DNA of 50,675 nucleotides from a virus (taxonomy: Duplodnaviria; Caudoviricetes), in the IMG/VR virus record IMGVR_UViG_3300047510_001736, positions 1-50,675 of that record; one strand, written 5' to 3'. The notes under the pieces were generated by a model. That model did not search any database. It was given only the letters and a program-made list of their open reading frames with translations, and was not told the origin of the DNA. Below are positions 49,424 through 50,675 of this stretch, piece after piece. Position 1 is the stretch's first letter, and every line of letters starts with the position of its first letter. The translations under genes and the position numbers were made by a program.

Positions 49424-49915
49424 TTACGGAAGAGCTTGGATGTTGGCGTTATACACGCCATTGCCAGTCGCCTTCAACTGTAGACCGTAGGTCGTGCCTT
49501 GAGGCGTGGTCGGCGTGAAGGTCACGGTGCCATTAGCGGGCACAGTGAACGTAAACACACGACGAGCCTGATTGGTCGAGGCAGCAACGGTGGTGTTCAC
49601 AGTAGCCAGCACAGTGTTGGTGTAGCTCTGCACCACACCAGTGAAGTTCGTGAAGGACATCACGACATTGGTGGTGTACTGAGTAACGCCAGTGTACGCG
49701 GCATAGATACGATTGGTGCTGCTGGCAGAGTCATTATCATAGAGAATGACAGTGTTCGCAGAACCGCTGGTATCAGTAACCTGGAAGTTGCTGATGGACA
49801 CACCGGAAGTGCTCAGCACAGCGATAGAGCTGGTGAACGTACCGGACACGACTTCAGCGAAGACCAGACTGATCATCGCCACGAAGGAAACGAAGTACTT
49901 AAAGAACTGCTTCAT
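49424..49915 (-). CDS. Thr/Ser-rich beta protein with signal-peptide-like N-terminus (possible capsid decoration protein)
   Basis: MKQFFKYFVSFVAMISLVFA-EVVS; directly after the capsid gene; similar codon bias. Confidence 0.7.
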   Translation of the reverse strand: MKQFFKYFVSFVAMISLVFAEVVSGTFTSSIAVLSTSGVSISNFQVTDTSGSANTVILYDNDSASSTNRIYAAYTGVTQYTTNVVMSFTNFTGVVQSYTNTVLATVNTTVAASTNQARRVFTFTVPANGTVTFTPTTPQGTTYGLQLKATGNGVYNANIQALP

Positions 49916-49949
49916 TTTTATTGATGTTAGATGTTGCGGTAGCTATCTA

Positions 49950-50675
49950 TCAGACGAAGAGCGACGGGGCGATCTGGCGACGATAGATGATGGGGATGAC
50001 GTTACGGTTGGTGTTGCCGATGATGCCGAGCACAGTGTCGGCGATCAGCTGCAGGAACTCACCGTACTTGTTGGTGTCGAGGTTATTCGAACCGTAGTTG
50101 ACCAGCACGTTGTCGGTCAGGCGAACTTCGCCGTTCCAAGTGAGCTGGTTGAAACGCTTGCCGTTGATCGAAGCGCCAGTGAACTCGCTGGGCGGCGGAC
50201 CCACGTCGATCTGCTCATAGGCGTTGTAGCCGATGAGGAACGCGACGCCGATCGGAGCGGCCGCATAAGCAGGATTGATGACGGTCTGACGAGTGGCATT
50301 CGGGGTCGAATAGCCGCTGTCAGGCAGCAACAGCTCGATCTCAGGCGCGGGCATCGTTCCATCCTCAGCGAAACGCAGCGGATAGAACTCTTCGCGGAAG
50401 ATGATGTTCGGCCCGATAGCGCCTTGGAAGGAGCTATTCAGGAGGTTCATCGCCAGCGGCTTGGTGTTCAACACGTGGGTGTCGAAAGCGAGACCTTCAT
50501 AGATCTCAGAACCACCGAGCAGAACGTACTTACCCTTCGACATTTCATTGTCAGCCGGGGCGCCGCTCTGCATACCTTCCATCGGCGGGATCATCAGGTA
50601 GTTCTTCGCGTAGGAAGCAACGGCCTGAATCTGCCGATAGGAGAGGAAACCGTTGTCGTCGGAACCTATCTTGGC
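49950..50675 (-). CDS. Major capsid protein, 3' part (continues from 636..1)
   Basis: Frame is open from the window end to TGA at 49950; in frame with the 5' part. Confidence 0.8.
   Translation of the reverse strand, partial: AKIGSDDNGFLSYRQIQAVASYAKNYLMIPPMEGMQSGAPADNEMSKGKYVLLGGSEIYEGLAFDTHVLNTKPLAMNLLNSSFQGAIGPNIIFREEFYPLRFAEDGTMPAPEIELLLPDSGYSTPNATRQTVINPAYAAAPIGVAFLIGYNAYEQIDVGPPPSEFTGASINGKRFNQLTWNGEVRLTDNVLVNYGSNNLDTNKYGEFLQLIADTVLGIIGNTNRNVIPIIYRRQIAPSLFV
50613..50675. repeat. Terminal overlap copy 2
   Basis: Matches 1-63 with one mismatch. Confidence 0.97.

Noticed and set aside
1-50675. Integrase, single-subunit RNA polymerase, or stop-codon reassignment
   Set aside because: No such motifs were seen, and genes are long and tightly packed under the standard bacterial code.

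Overview
The window is an apparently complete, circularly permuted ~50.6-kb tailed dsDNA phage genome with podovirus-like architecture. The ends overlap by 63 nt and the major capsid gene runs across the junction. Two arms diverge from an AT-rich, repeat-rich region (6555-7240) and converge at a bidirectional terminator (~29340-29370). The + arm (7267-29330) carries early and replication genes: SF2 helicase, Cas4-like nuclease, Sak4-like ATPase, SSB-like protein, a family A DNA polymerase split in two by a ligase and a second gene, a DUF3987-like NTPase and a Tad2-like anti-defence protein. The - arm carries packaging, capsid, tail fibre/spike, lysis and ejection genes. No integrase and no single-subunit RNA polymerase were seen. 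The main discovery is what looks like a self-contained sigma-54 transcription programme. The phage encodes a full-length RpoN (11113-12402) and a minimal GAFTGA AAA+ activator lacking sensor and DNA-binding domains (16684-17523). It also has eight correctly spaced -24/-12 (GG-N10-GC) promoter candidates ahead of rpoN itself and of early, replication, packaging, capsid and tail units. Five of them share a non-canonical ARAAGCT -12 element, and four put the predicted start site 1-3 nt before an ATG. All calls come from motif reading by eye; no database searches were run.
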